DNA from: Albugo candida
Lineage: Eukaryota
DNA: 64,000 nt
Assembly (NCBI GenBank): GCA_040437565.1
Contig: JBDOQK010000038.1
Span: forward strand, 62,001-126,000
Direction: 5' to 3'
The translations under genes and the position numbers were made by a program. This document shows, one piece after another, positions 39,243 to 52,566 of this stretch. Every line of letters starts with the position of its first letter. Within the stretch, counting starts at the first letter, position 1. The notes beneath the pieces are model-generated. The model was not told where the DNA came from. It did not search any database and was given only the letters and a program-made list of their open reading frames with translations.

Positions 39243-42200
39243 TGTCGGAAATACCGCACGGAATGGGAAGTTGCTTCGCTGAAGGGAGGGAAAAGTAGAA
39301 GTGAGTATAACTTCATGACGTTTAGTTTCTCTTTCTACGGCCTTTAGTAATTACGAAACACCGCGTCGGGACAGTCCCAGCGAGAGTTATACGAAACTAC
39401 TATTTAGATCCTTGGATGTTTTCACCAAAACGTCCGGCAGATGGAGTCGTTACTTTGCAAAATTCCTTCCTCACGATGCCGTGTGTTTGTTATCTAAATT
39501 TATGTCCTGATCCTTGCTAGTTTCGCGTATCAGCGAGCATAGTCCCCTTAATTCTTGAAGTCCAACAGCGCTTAATGCCTTTGTAAGGAGGTCAGCTGCC
39601 ATTTCTTTAGTGTGCACATCACAGGGCTCTACGATGCCTCGTTTAGCACAATCTTTGATAAACATAAATTGAATGCCGATGTGTTTCGCTCGCGTCGAAT
39701 TTTCTTCGTTTTACATCTAGCGGATAGCTGCTTGATTCTATGTCTCCTTCTTCATAGGTAATTCCAGGTTTATTCCCAGCTCAACAATTAGGTCGCGCAA
39801 TCCGAGGATCTGTTGACCGGCATGTGAAGTCGACGTGAATTCTGCTTCTGTAATCGATGGCGATACTGATGCTTACTTGCGGCACGTCCAGCCCACTATC
39901 ATGTCACTCACGTAAAAAATCGCTCCGCTTACCGAGTTGCGGCTAATTTTATCACCTGCAAAGTCAGCATTGCTTGCGCTTGAAAGTTGCACAGTAGAGT
40001 TTTGATGAACCTGTTTATGTAAGCTGAAACTTGACGTTTTTAAGTCCTTTCAAATACCTGGTGATTCTTTTTCTCGATTGCCAGTCGCTCACCGTAGAAG
40101 ATTGGTCTCGACGTGTTGCTCGGTGCAGCGCATAAGCAATGTCCGGTCGTGTGCATCGAGTCAACCATAACTGTGATCTCACGATAGACTATAAGTGTAT
40201 TAGTGATGCTGAACCAACTGGCCCATTGCGTGTAGAATTGGTTTAGCTTCCCGCATGTCGGTATCATGATCGAGCCCTATGGTTGTCATCACGTGGTGTG
40301 CGTCTTGTAGGTCAAACGTTAATGTCAAACTTCAACAGTAGCTCATCTATCATATGTTCTTGGTTAATTCTATAACCAAACTCCGAAGAATGAGTAAGTC
40401 GCATCCCTAAAAACTTGCTAACGATGCCCAGGTCCTTGATCTACAGCGTTACCCATTGAATGAACACATCATCCACGCGAATCTTCAATGTTCCGGTCAC
40501 CAGAAAAGCATAAACATATATTCCGACGACAGTCTTTCCATCCTGATCCCTTTTGTAGTAGAGGCACGTGTTTTTGACACATTGTACGAATCCGACAGGA
40601 AGTACTTCTGAATGTGGAAGTTGCGCCCAGAGTATTTCATCTTGTTTAATCCATAAAGACTGCGCTGAAGCCAAAGCACCACTTGTTTCCTGTGGTGAAC
40701 AGCACAACGCCGTAGCTCCTTCTCGCTTACTTTCATTCCTTGTGGAACATATAGGTAAATGTCCACATCCGGTTCAGTAGAGGCCTTGACATATGCATTA
40801 GGAACGTCCACATGACGCGTCGGTACACCCCATATCTCAGATAGTGTAAGGATAATCTTCCCAGTCGTCATTTCAATTACTGCGGCGAACGTTAGTGTTT
40901 AGGTTTTACCAAAAGACTGCTCATTGTCGCACACCACGATGCTTGCTTTGTAGTGCTCGACGTTTCCGTCAGCATCTGTTTTTGTCTTGAGCATCCACTT
41001 TGTGTGCAAAGAATGCATTTAATCAGTGCGCAACGCCAATTCCCCTGTGTCATTGGCTTTGAGAGAATCGATCTCCGATTCAGCAGCGCGCTTCCATCCC
41101 TCGCAATCTTCGCTCTCCATGGCTTTTTTCCAGTTCTATAGATCCCAACGATAATCCTCCCAATAATCTCGCGTGTTGTGTTCTGAAACCATTGAATCGC
41201 TTCTTCATGGTCATTGTTGGCTTGATCGCTAAAGCCTCAGTCGCTTTAAGTTTCCGTCAACCACGCTTCCCGCGCTTCTTGACCTTCTCTGATCCCACTC
41301 TTGGCTCCTCGCGATGTCCAATATCGCCACTTGACTCTGATAATGTGTCAGTAGACGTACACGTTTGATCTGTTGAATCGAAGGTAATGTCGATGGTATC
41401 AGCGGTTCTCTTCTTCCTAGCATCAACCTCATCATGTTCGTCAATCTGATGAACGAGCTTTGCGCTCTCGCTAAGGGTCTTGATATTCTTGACATGCTGC
41501 GTCGTACGAGCCACACTGTCCTTAGTAAACAGCACTCGATAACTTTTAGTTTGGTCTCTCTTACCAATTATGAGTACTGCTTCCCCATGACGGTCAAGAG
41601 TCTTACGTTTTGGTGTCCTAATCGCGGTGCATGGTGACCCAAAAACAGCGTTATCCGTCAGTTTGGGCTTACTCCAGAGAGTACTTGTAGCGGCAAAGTA
41701 CGACCAGCATTTCCTCGCATCGAGATGCGGTTGAGTATATAAAACGCGTATTCTACAGCGTCTCACCAAAAGCGCAAAGGCAGTCCTGACCCAAATATCA
41801 TGGAGCGCACCGTGCTCATCACAGTTTGGTGCATAAGCTCCGCCTTTGCGATTGAAGCTTGCTTTCCCGCTTCCGATACCTGACGCCTCACAATGATTTT
41901 CTTGCAAAATGGGTCGACTAACCTGTACTCACCTCCACCATCAGTACGGAGTCAGTAGAAGTTGCAGTTGGATCGCTTCTCAAAATAAAAAAGAAAGTTT
42001 CGAACGCCTTGGTCACCTTATCTTTCGGTATTTGCCAGAAACACGAGGCGGTAGTTGCTCGTGAAATCAATGAAATTGATCAAGTACTTTTTTCACTCCT
42101 GTGTCTTGAGAATATTGATGGGTGTGGGTCTGCTTTCACTGCGCACACGTTAAGCAAGATGGCATTTTCTTATCCGTGATAAGCATCCCAATCGACGGGT

Positions 42201-44405
42201 CATTCGCCATCATCTCGATTATGTCAGACGCCAAGGGACCAAATCGCAAGCGGAATTCCAGTAACTGTGTCGTTGCGCATCTGCGATCGTCGAGCTGGCG
42301 GCTTCAATCATTGCTGCAGCTGCGCACTCTTCAATTTTCATTGCATCAATTCCAACAGCATCATCGGTGACGACACCTACCGTCAGTACGTTATTTGAGG
42401 GATCCGCCTCAGCTCAATCGGTTGAGCACACGGACCTCCTGCCGGAGGTCGTAAGTTCGATCCCCGGTAGTGTGGCAGCGGTTGCCCCCCAAGCAAAAAG
42501 CTTGGAAAATATCTGCCTCCCTAGTTTGAAGTTGGACATAAGTGATATTCACACGGTCAGGGGCTCATGATAGGATAAGGAAGGTAGTTGAGGCACCAGA
42601 TAAACAGTGTAATGAATTCCTTGATAAAGTACGTTATTTGTGTCCTTTTCAACATGGAAATCTTGAACCCGTCACTTGGTCGAGCCACTGCACGTTTAAC
42701 GTCATCATAGAGAAGGTCATACCCTCTTTCTTCCGTTCTTCCAGAAGACAGTATGGCCCAAGGAAGACCCGCCGAGTGACTGACAAAAAATATCGCGTAG
42801 CTTGATGCAAAGAATCTCTCCATCGACGCATACCACAAAATCGACATTTCTTTTAAGCTGCATTTTCAAACTTTCTCCATTTGGAAGTAGGCACTACTCA
42901 TCACATTTCACCGTATTGTAAAATAGTGATGGTGTCGTCACTAGGTGATGACTCGAAAAACTATCCAAAATGCATTGGAAGGTGGCATCGACATTGTCCG
43001 CAACGGCCAGCGGAAATTCCTTATTGACTTCCTATTTGCATTAGCGTTTAAAATGACCTTCATTGCCGCAATTGAAGCAGACAACCGACTTTCTACGTTG
43101 GCGGTCATCATTATCTTAGGTCACCTAACGATAGAGCCTTTTACAGCGGCCACCGTCTGCTTGCTCCCGAGGCGAGTGCTTTGGATTAGTCAGTTGCGAA
43201 CAAAATAACCCAGTTCTTCTGCATGTAGTAAGTAATCTTCACGCTGAGGATTTAGTCGTGTCAATAGCACGCCCTGGAAGTCACTTAGAGAGCTGGGAAA
43301 CGTGGCATTATTATCGGGAGCTTGGTCGTGAGCACCAACGACAGGATCATCTAACGCCATCAGGTACATGATGTGATCATTCCACGAAACACCTCCCTTT
43401 TTATTCGATGCGAAGAGCTTGGACGCTTGTGTTTTCGGAATCCGCAGCCGAACTTGCTGTTCAGTCGGTCCATTAAGTACCAAATTTTTAGGTTCTCCTC
43501 GTACGAGATGTCCACCTGGCTGTGAAATTTCTGTCCAGCTTTACTGGAAAAATGTCCAGCTATATTTCTTCAGTCCACATGCACCCACTGAGATCTTCAG
43601 CGATCTTAACATGCCGCAGATACCCGTTTCTCCCAGGGTTCAAACCCTTCAAAGGCCTGGGTACATCTCATTGCCGTCGAAATTTTCGATGGCAAGTTTC
43701 AGGTTCCTTATCTGCACGGGTGTTTGCGATGCAAAGTACGACGGTGTTGGCACCGACCTGTATGAAGGGCCCGTTGGTGGCTGCATGAATACTCGTTGTC
43801 TGCCAACTTCCTCGCGCAATCGATGGTCCCTCTTTCGTGCAGCGTGATGTCGCACTGGACTCCATATGAACTCGTCTTCAAGCGAGGTTATCGTCCCATT
43901 CCGACTAAGGCCCGAGCGTGTCTCCGCATAAGCGCGAAAAGTGCTACTGCCGGCGGACACGACCGAAGTTTGGTCATCAATTCCGAACTTCAAGCCTGGT
44001 GAGGCGAGCTCCAATGTCACCAATAAGTTCAGTGACCATATCCAGCAGCCTTGCCATGTCTCCTCCCACACTTGGAGCTATACTGGCTCCATCTTTCTTG
44101 GTGTGAGTCGCGGTTGGCGCTTGGGCTCGATCTTGATATTGGGCAATTTGTTCGATAGGCGTTGGGCTCATAACCTGTCGGAAATACCGCACGGAATGGG
44201 AAGTTGGGTCCCTGTAGAAAGGTAAAGATAAAACTAAGTACATTATTCCTGACTGTTAGTTTCTCTTTCCACGGCCTTTCTCGATTACGAAACCACTGCG
44301 TCGGGACAGTCTCAGCTGAAGTTATACGAAACCACTATTTAGCTCCTTGTATCTTTTCACCAAAACGTCCGGTGGATGGCAATGTGGATTCGCTACTTTC
44401 CATCA
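39243..44405 (-). mobile_element. Full-length but decayed Ty1/Copia LTR retrotransposon
   Basis: LTRs 39243-39462 and 44176-44405, both starting TGTCGGAAATACCGCACGG on the + strand. PBS GGTTATGAGCCCA at 44163-44175 (-), PPT TGAGGAAGGAA at 39463-39473 (-). Fragments of gag, integrase (VFGSPC), RT (HVDVPNAYV, LQRSLYGL) and RNase H (EMAADLLTKAL). Empty paralogous site at ~60680-60690. Confidence 0.92.
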
Positions 44406-47062
44406 CGTAACTTATAGTAAATCAATGCAGCTGATGCAGATTTCGTTTATAGGTGTCTGCCAGCACGTCAAACGAAGCAAAATATGCTCGAGCACGGCGT
44501 TATCGGATTGGCTTTCAAGATTCCTTTCATATCCTTGCTAATCAAAATCTGTATAAGAACGCGAAACTAAACAAAAGATGCGATTCGTTCACGCACGCCT
44601 CCAGGCTTGATCATTCCTTCACTTATTACAACTAGCTCCTCTATCTGCTTCAGCCAGTGTAGTTTATTCATATCTCGAATTTGCTAAGCGTCTGTTGCAT
44701 TGGAAAGCGCCTTTAAGAAAGACCGTAAGATGTATGCTCCTGCGCTCATATGGCAAGCTGGCGGTACGAGTCGAACGACCTGAAAATGATTCGTTGAAGC
44801 GCTTGTGTAGTATTCTTAACAAGCCGCTATAACAATTGATGATCCTATGATTGAATAGCTCACTGATAGTTTTTTTGAGTCCTGCGTCTAGCAGTCGCTT
44901 CATTTCAATATGGCATAGACGACACACACTTGCATCCATTCCATCTTCACTCAATTTTTTACTTTGACTCTGAAGCACTTTATTTGTAGTCGATTCAAAA
45001 AGTCATTTCGTTGAACACAGAGTTGCTATTCCCGAGTCAGGTCATTAATCTCTTGACAGTCATGCAAGAAGAGAACGATGTATTGCTGATCTGAAGACCG
45101 CTGTTTTAGGCGCATTTTGGCTCATGTCTAAGAAATAATGCGATGATTTATTTAGTATGCTGAGTAAATGCGAGCCACATTCGGCATCATACGGAACGCG
45201 GTAGTTATTAATATATGAGAAGTCAAGCTATACTTTTGAAACAATGCTGCATTGTATTAAGTGTGCACTATAATGAATGGGTGATAACTAGTCGTATAAC
45301 TAGCGAACTTCACTATGGTGCTCAATCAAAACTCGGTAAGACACAGCGCATCTTCGATACCAACTTACAGTACTGTACTTGTTGAATCAGGGAGCCCTCG
45401 ACGAGGTGGACGACTTGCGAATCTAGCATGGAAATCACAAAAAAATTGATAGTATGTTCACGTCATTCCGGTGTGCCTCGGATTGATAATGCTTCCAAAC
45501 AGATCTCAGCCTTGTTTTCTTCACAATGATCACAAACTCTATCCATTTTAACACACATTCGATTAAAATGCTGAAAATTAAGCTTAATACTCCCCCTCAA
45601 TACACTCAACACTAGTGCGTCAGGAACTTCAAATCACATCTCTAATATGTACTCCGCAGACCTCGCAGATAGCACCGCCTTCGTTCAGTCAGCGCTATAC
45701 AATCGAGAGGTTTAAGCATGAAAAAATGCGTCGGTAATTTAGTAGTAAAAGCAGCGTCCGATTCGACCGAGCTTTTTTCCATGATGCTGCGATTCTATTT
45801 CGGCCTCCGCAGATCGATGTTTTCGACAAAACATCACATCCCACGGTGCATCCCATCAGAAAGCACAATGAAAAAGCTGGCATTCAGTAGGAACCGGACT
45901 TGTCCTACATTATTGACGTATCGTAAACTCCATGCAGCTGAGCCGGTTCGTCACTTAAGTCCTCAACGAGCCTTTATTGTTCCATTGAAGCGCACCGCCA
46001 AGCGCTTCGGTTCCCTTTTTCACTCAAGTTCTAACTAACATATACGTACTTTTCGATCACCTCCTGTGGGGTTTTCAACCGCACACAGTAAGGTTTCAAC
46101 TAATTTATCCTTTCTTATCACTTACAGAATATCTCCATTCTTTCTTCGCAAACGACAGCCAAATCCAGCGCACTGGATTTGCCTTCGCAAAACCTTTTAC
46201 TAGAAATTTCTTCTCTTTCCTCGCTTAAGTACAACTCAGGGCTCCACAAGCGTGCCGGTTGCGATGAATAGTCAACAAACATACACTTAAGAAAGGCTTT
46301 GGAACGCTGGAACGTATTATGTCGTGAAACTCGTGTGAGAATGAGCTTTTCTCAGAGCCAACGTTACCGTTAGCCACGTGTTGCATATAAAAATGAGAGC
46401 AGAATCACTCTACTTAACTGTATTTTCAATCTACGCCAATTCTCTAGGTTGATGTTACGTCAAGAATGACTAGATCTGATTTCCATGTACTTTCCGATAT
46501 TCTTTAGGTACAAAGCGTCTGAACCGGATCAGATTAAAAAAGGAAAGCTTTGAATGAAGGTCATCGCACGCTGACAATTCCTCGAAAGACTTATGCATCG
46601 CTTGTAGCTCTTCAACAATAATGATGTTTGACTAGATTTCCTTTCTGTATGCTCTTTTGAAACTCACTTCAAACTCTCTTTGACGTTGCGTAAATTTAAA
46701 ACCATCGAGGGTGAACAATACTACACCATGACAGAACAACCCCAACAACAAGCCGCATCACTTGCTCACTATGAGCGAGTAAGTGAATTCGACGATCCTT
46801 AGTTGCTGTTACGTCAGTTTCCCCCACGATCCCCATTATTCATGCAGTCTCGTATAGCAGTCTTTTACGCAAAGACACGAAGATATATTTGGTGAAAGAG
46901 AGTCACTCAAATACTACCAGTAAACTTGGAATGGAACAAATTCAAATTGAGAAGTGAGCTCACGACATCTCCAATGAAAGCTCCGCCAGATGTGATCGCA
47001 ACTACTTCCAGAGAGTCTTTGTAAGTAGCTCATTCGTTTTTGAGTAGGCAATATTAGGAGAG

Positions 47063-47400
47063 TTGTACAAATATCTTTTGCAGGAAGTGCACTATACCAA
47101 GCGTCAATATGCGCAGTACGTCCAAGAACTGGTTCGAGTATTGATGGATGATCTCAGGAAGGGTGTAATCCATCGAGATATCAGGCGACAGAACATCGAC
47201 TTGTTTATAATCGCTAGAACAAGATTGCTATTCCGCATGGTCTGTTACGGTGCCGACGTCAAGACGACCCACATGCTGGAGACTAGAAATAATTACGTAT
47301 GCATCAATTTTTGGAGCTCCCCCATTCGAAGCTGTAAGTAACACAAGTGGATCGCATCGGTTGATCTACACTTCCCGAATTATGTATCGTCCTCTGCAAT
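47063..47400 (+). pseudogene. Decayed protein-kinase-like fragment
   Basis: GVIHRDIRRQNI resembles the HRD catalytic loop. Surrounding frames are broken and no other kinase motif is clearly intact. Confidence 0.4.
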
Positions 47401-48269
47401 CTGAGTTGGTGCAGAATACATTGCAAAGAGATTCTAAGTGTCGTGATCAAAAAATTCCTAGACCATCCATGGATTCAATTGCATTGTGCTGAAACTGCAG
47501 AATTTTGACCATAACGCATGATGCTTATCTGCCCGACGTGAAACAAAGTGCGCTGTAAGGATATCGAATGAGAGAAAGGAGGTGCGTCTACTTAATCTTA
47601 CGATTCTATGATTGATGTGAAACCTTCTCGTCTCCAAATGCTTACAAAATGGTGCGGGAAACTCACTAGAGTAAAGTTGAGTCGAATAATTGGAGAACAA
47701 TACATGATTGTGTTGGAGATTTGTCGTTCATGATGTAATGGAGAGTAGCGTGACATGTTATAGCACTAGAACTGATTTTATGGTAGGTGTATGTCGTTGA
47801 ATTGAGTTGATATATGTTCATGAAAATGTCTGCCTGAGACTATTGTTCTACGTTTCGTACTGCGTCTGGGAAAAGGTGCAATGCGTTATCAACGGTTTTC
47901 TCCGACCAAGGTACGGTAGCATTACACTCTTGTCCCATGTAACCGTCAAGCTGTCTTTTTCAAGTCGTCGCGTCTCCCCCCGCAAGGGCAATTATGTTGT
48001 TCTTGCGGTGACGCAAAAGGGTATGCTTTTTGGGTACGTTTGAGTGTTGGTGGTGCATGTTACGGTTAAACACATTTAACAACACCTCGCGTGCACGAGA
48101 ACCAACAAATGGGAATGAACGTGCTGGAAAGATCTGTCAGTATTAAGCTTCAATCGGACCCGCAAGTACGTCTCTCAAGGCGTATTTGGCTGCGTGCGCA
48201 CTGGAATTGCAGCAGAAAAAAAAACATGATTTCTCTGACAAGCTGCATTATTTGCAAATGTACGACACA

Positions 48270-48884
48270 TCGATTCGTAAAGCTACTCGTTCGATTCCCT
48301 AATAAGAAATCATCAGCCGTAAAGATGGAATCAATTTCGTCCTTTTGAACACAGGATTTCGATTTATCGTCGTACGAGATGTATAGTTTCTCAGCTTTAG
48401 ATATATAATCTTCAAGAGAAGTAATCTCAGATGAAATTTTCTCTCCATTAAAGGCCACGTTCGTTAAGAGCTTCCCATTATTCATACAAACCGGTGGTTT
48501 CCTTCGGTTAGGGTCGCATTGCGAACACTGCTCTTAGTGTCACATCCTGGAATGGTGTAACCAATTTTTTCAGAAGCTGGTTCATAAATGCTGATTGTGG
48601 TCCCTTTTATGAATTGGACTGCTTTGTTTAAGTCCATTTTGAAGAATTGACAAATAACAGTTCCATCTTTTCTCAACCTGGTGCGACTTGGTTGTATGCA
48701 TTAGCATCGAACAACTCCATCGAGAGGACGTTATCGCATGTGCAGGTGTTGTTTGCGACAACTTGGCGCGTACTTCCAGGTATCAGGTTATCGATGGTGG
48801 CACCAGAATAAGAGTGACTTTGTGCGATGTAATTCCCGCTATCGAAAGGATGAGAAAATTGAATTGGAAGATTCGGCTCTTCAT
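48270..48884 (-). pseudogene. Frameshifted paralogue (A3) of the secreted cysteine-rich family
   Basis: Four frame segments: MKSRIFQFNFLILSIAGITSHKVT / ANNTCTCDNVLSMELFDANAYN / VICQFF...TIPGC / NNGKLLTNVAF...GNRTSSF, all collinear with A2. The TGA of A1/A2 is CGA here. Inr TCATTCT upstream at ~48915. Confidence 0.88.
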
Positions 48885-49775
48885 TGCGGTCGTTGGTGGC
48901 CCTGAGAGAATAGGAGAATGAGACAACGCTATGTGGGCGCAGTGTTGGGCGCGGAATAAGCAGACGGTGAAAAGGTTCCAGCTGGTGGTTGAGAGCATGC
49001 AATTTGTGGCTCACGAATGCATGATTATACGTATGAAAGTACCCACGTGGTACGGTGCATGCTCAACCAAATATTACTGAAAAATAGTTCAATCAAGTGA
49101 AAATATTCCAAGTGCTTTACATAAATGTATGACTTTTTTTCATAAAGAAAAACCAGTAACGCGAAGAAAGGCTAGGGTCAAAATGTCTGAAGCTTTGATC
49201 TTCATAGGGAGGAGCACACAACTGGGATGGTAATGCTTACGCATTGGGTTGATACATATTACACAATTGGGTTGATAATGTTCTCTCAGTTGGGTTCATG
49301 ATTTTTCACCGTACAATATCAGGCTTTTCCTCATGATGTACAGGGAAGTGGGATGTGCTTTTTTGCCTTTTTGAGAGTGAGATTTCCTGTTGGATAGCGG
49401 ATAGTATTACGTATATCCTCATAGGTTCTCGCTTATTTCCTTTGGTTCTTTTGTCTTTTATCAAAAGAAAAGAAAAGTATGAGAAAAGAAAATAAATTTT
49501 AATAAAAAAGAAAAGTTTTTTTTTGGTCAAGAAAAGAAATGATTAACGATTTTGTGTTAGTAGCGAAGACGGGATGACATCTCCGAGTGTATTCATTCTA
49601 CCAAATATCAGAGCCATGATATGAAAGCAGTCAAGCGAAAGAAATATTTTAGTCTTCTGGGGTAGGAGAAGGCTAACGCTTATGGAATACCGTCAGCATC
49701 AGATAACGAAAATAGGATGTGCTGTTAAGTACGATCTTATCTACCTGCTTTATAGTGTTTCGCGTCTAAGAAATA

Positions 49776-52566
49776 CAGTGCACGACACCTAAAATCAGCA
49801 CCTCCACCCGGTGGGCAAGAATTTTTTGGGACACTCAATTATCCACTTAAACAAAAATATCTATCTATACCTTAAAAGTAAATTGCCGTGGCTTTCTGGC
49901 AATAGAGTCGGATTTTTGCAAAATTTGTTTTTGATGAAGTTAGAAGCCTTTGAAGTTCGGCAATTTTCGTGATTATGTATGGAGCTATGGAAAAGAATGG
50001 CCGGACATCTAAAAATAGATGCTTTTTTTACCCAATTAGGAAGGACCACCTGGAAATAGATAATTGTTTTAGCCAATTAGAAAGGACCATCTAAAATAGA
50101 TAGTCTGTTAGAAATCTGACACAGACTTACATACTTTCTTTGTTGGTTATGTGTATATCTGTAATCTAGTTTAAAAGTGCATTAACGTTCATAAGAACAG
50201 AGGCTGGAATGTGACCGTGTGAACAGTACTTCTTCACTGCATACTCGGCAGCTTTTCCACTGAGATTCTTACGGTAGACATCCATCTACCGCTGTGTCTT
50301 GCATGCAAATTGGCGAATTGCTGTCAAGCTGATTGATGACATGGCAGAGGGAACAGTTTCTTGCAAGCCAGACCAGGAGTAATTGCAGTGCTTCCGTGTG
50401 TACTGCTTTGCGGCGCCCCAAAAGTTCTCAATGTAGTTCAACTCGCAATGAAATTTGGGGTAAAATATAATTTTGTGCCAAGCTGCTGTAATCACCTCCT
50501 CAAGTAATCCACGCTGGGCCACAAAATCTGGCTGTCGGGACATGACAGTGCGAGCGCAGCAAGAAAGAGTATCAGAGCATCTGACATCACTTGAGCAAAC
50601 CAAACATAANNNNNNNNNNNNNNNNNNNNNNNNNNNNNNNNNNNNNNNNNNNNNNNNNNNNNNNNNNNNNNNNNNNNNNNNNNNNNNNNNNNNNNNNNNN
50701 NNNNNNNNNAGCCTTGATTCCCTTTGGTTTACCACGTAGTTCCTCATTCTCATAATCGTCTGAATAAACCATGCTAAGGCACATTGTCTCCATAAGTCGT
50801 TGGCCTTGAGAAAGCACATATTAATTAATTGTTTACAGTAACTCCGGGGATGATTTATTTAAATCATTCCTCATTTTTGGTTGTTTTCCACCAGGGCCAA
50901 GGTTCATTCTCTTTGCAACAAGTGCATCACTAGCAAAAGCAGCATGACTGGTTGCATTGTCGAAGGCACATAAAGCTTGAGCTTCAAAAAATTGCGCATT
51001 GAAGATTGGAATATCTTTGTCATGGACTTGTGCAAGCAGATGCTCTTCTGTCCACCCGCCACCTTTATTCTTTCCAGGCTTCATGTAAATACAGCACTCT
51101 TTCGGCACATCAGGATACTCAAGCTGCATTGCTTCATCGAGCGCCAAGCGCCCGCAAACATCAGTCAAAAATTCGCTAACGTGAAGGGAACGTCCTTGTC
51201 ATTTTTTTCGCAATGGCTGCTCTCCCTCCGGCAGCCAAAGTTTTCTTTGACCATCATTTGCTGAAAAAACGCTCTCATCATGCGTAACAAGTACCAATGG
51301 TTCCACATCATCTGCAGGCCACGCCATAATTTCCATATCTTCACCAGAAAAAACTGGAAACCTCGGGTCATATGCCTCCATTAGTGCAAGAAACTCATTT
51401 CGGTATGCCACAACATCAGCCCGCTCATGTCCATCAATGTAGAGACCTTTGCGGACCAATCAAAAGCCAAGATTCATTTCTTTCACCCATCGCATGGCAG
51501 TTCGGGATGATATTGTTGCAGGTGCATAACCGAGGTAAGGGAGCCCCACAATGTCCTCATACCACATTAAAACGACCAACTCTTTGCGTGTTTTCCTTGT
51601 TGGGACATTGGCAGCTTGTGGTCCTTTAGAAATGCACGTGCCCATGTGCGTAAAGCACGTGAGAAGTATGGGCCCTTTCCTATGGCTGTGGTGACAAAGT
51701 CGCTTGCGCTCGTGCGACTTCTCCCATTTTTATAAAGACGCAGATACAAACTCAAAGCTTGCACGCGTAGCTGCTCTGTCCCATTCAGCTTCTTTGCTTT
51801 GTCAATTTTGACAATCTTGACAGTCTTTGCCAATTCTTCTATTGCACTGTCAAGGCTCCCCTCTTCCCACAGGCTATCTTCAACATCGTCAGTTTCGGAA
51901 TCTTCGTCAGCAGAAACTCCTTCTATCACAGGCTCTTGCCGCACGAAATAGCTGGTCAGCTTTCGTGAAACTTCTGCTGTCTTGCGTTGATTTTGTTTGT
52001 GACGTCGGCGTGTCCGTGCTGAATCACCACCATAACGAAATGGGCGGTTGGTGGTTGGTACTGTAGCAATAAGAGCTGGTGACATCGCCGCCTCCAACTG
52101 TTCAACTGCACCTTCAGTCTGCTCTTCCTCCTTGTCACTTGTTGGTTCCTCTTCAAAAATTTCATTCTCTATGTCACTACCATCTATATTGTTTCCACCG
52201 TCAGGATCCTATGAAAAGTGTGGTGAACTGTGATGACTTTTGTTTGCGTTTCTGGCATTCTGCAGGTGTTTTTTTGCGCTTTGATAGTTGTACCATGTTG
52301 CCTAGCGAATGTTTTTTCCTGTTAGAATTTTTGAGGGTGTTGGTTATGTATCTACTGTATGTAGTCTGCATATATATCTACATATGTGTCCACCCTATAG
52401 TTTCGCGTTAGATATTAATTTCGGATTCCGATTGGTTCACAAAACAGGTATTTCTCACGTGATTGGTTCACAAAACAGGTTTTTAGAAGTATACTCTGCA
52501 TGAAATAGATTTTTGGTAATCTGGCCGCAAAAATTTGGGGGTGTCGGTTATAGGTGTCGTGCACTA
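49776..52566 (-). mobile_element. Tc1/mariner (IS630-Tc1-mariner)-like DNA transposon with decayed transposase
   Basis: TIRs CAGTGCACGACACCTA and TAGGTGTCGTGCACTA with flanking TA. Transposase fragments VTHDESVF, AFDNATSH and YPKFHCELNYIENFWG, with frameshifts. Subterminal direct repeats at ~50032-50102 and ~52430-52480. Confidence 0.88.

Larger units (their letters stand above)
28929..44900. repeat. Segmental duplication unit X, paralogous to 52567-61209
   Basis: Same order in both units: upstream cassette, RTE-like LINE, gene C, its upstream region, old retroelement debris. Roughly 75-85% identity by eye in non-coding blocks. Unit X also holds the Copia insertion and gap-overlap artefacts. 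Confidence 0.9.

Noticed and set aside
36694-40165. Exact 1686-bp repeat producing an apparent third Copia LTR at 37457
   Set aside because: Flanks the 38380-38479 gap with identical ORFs at offset 1786. It is an artefact, so no three-LTR element is claimed.
45580-46300. PPT-like TTGAGGGGGAG (- strand, ~45590-45600) suggesting another LTR element
   Set aside because: No matching LTR pair or convincing pol motif was found; too weak to call.
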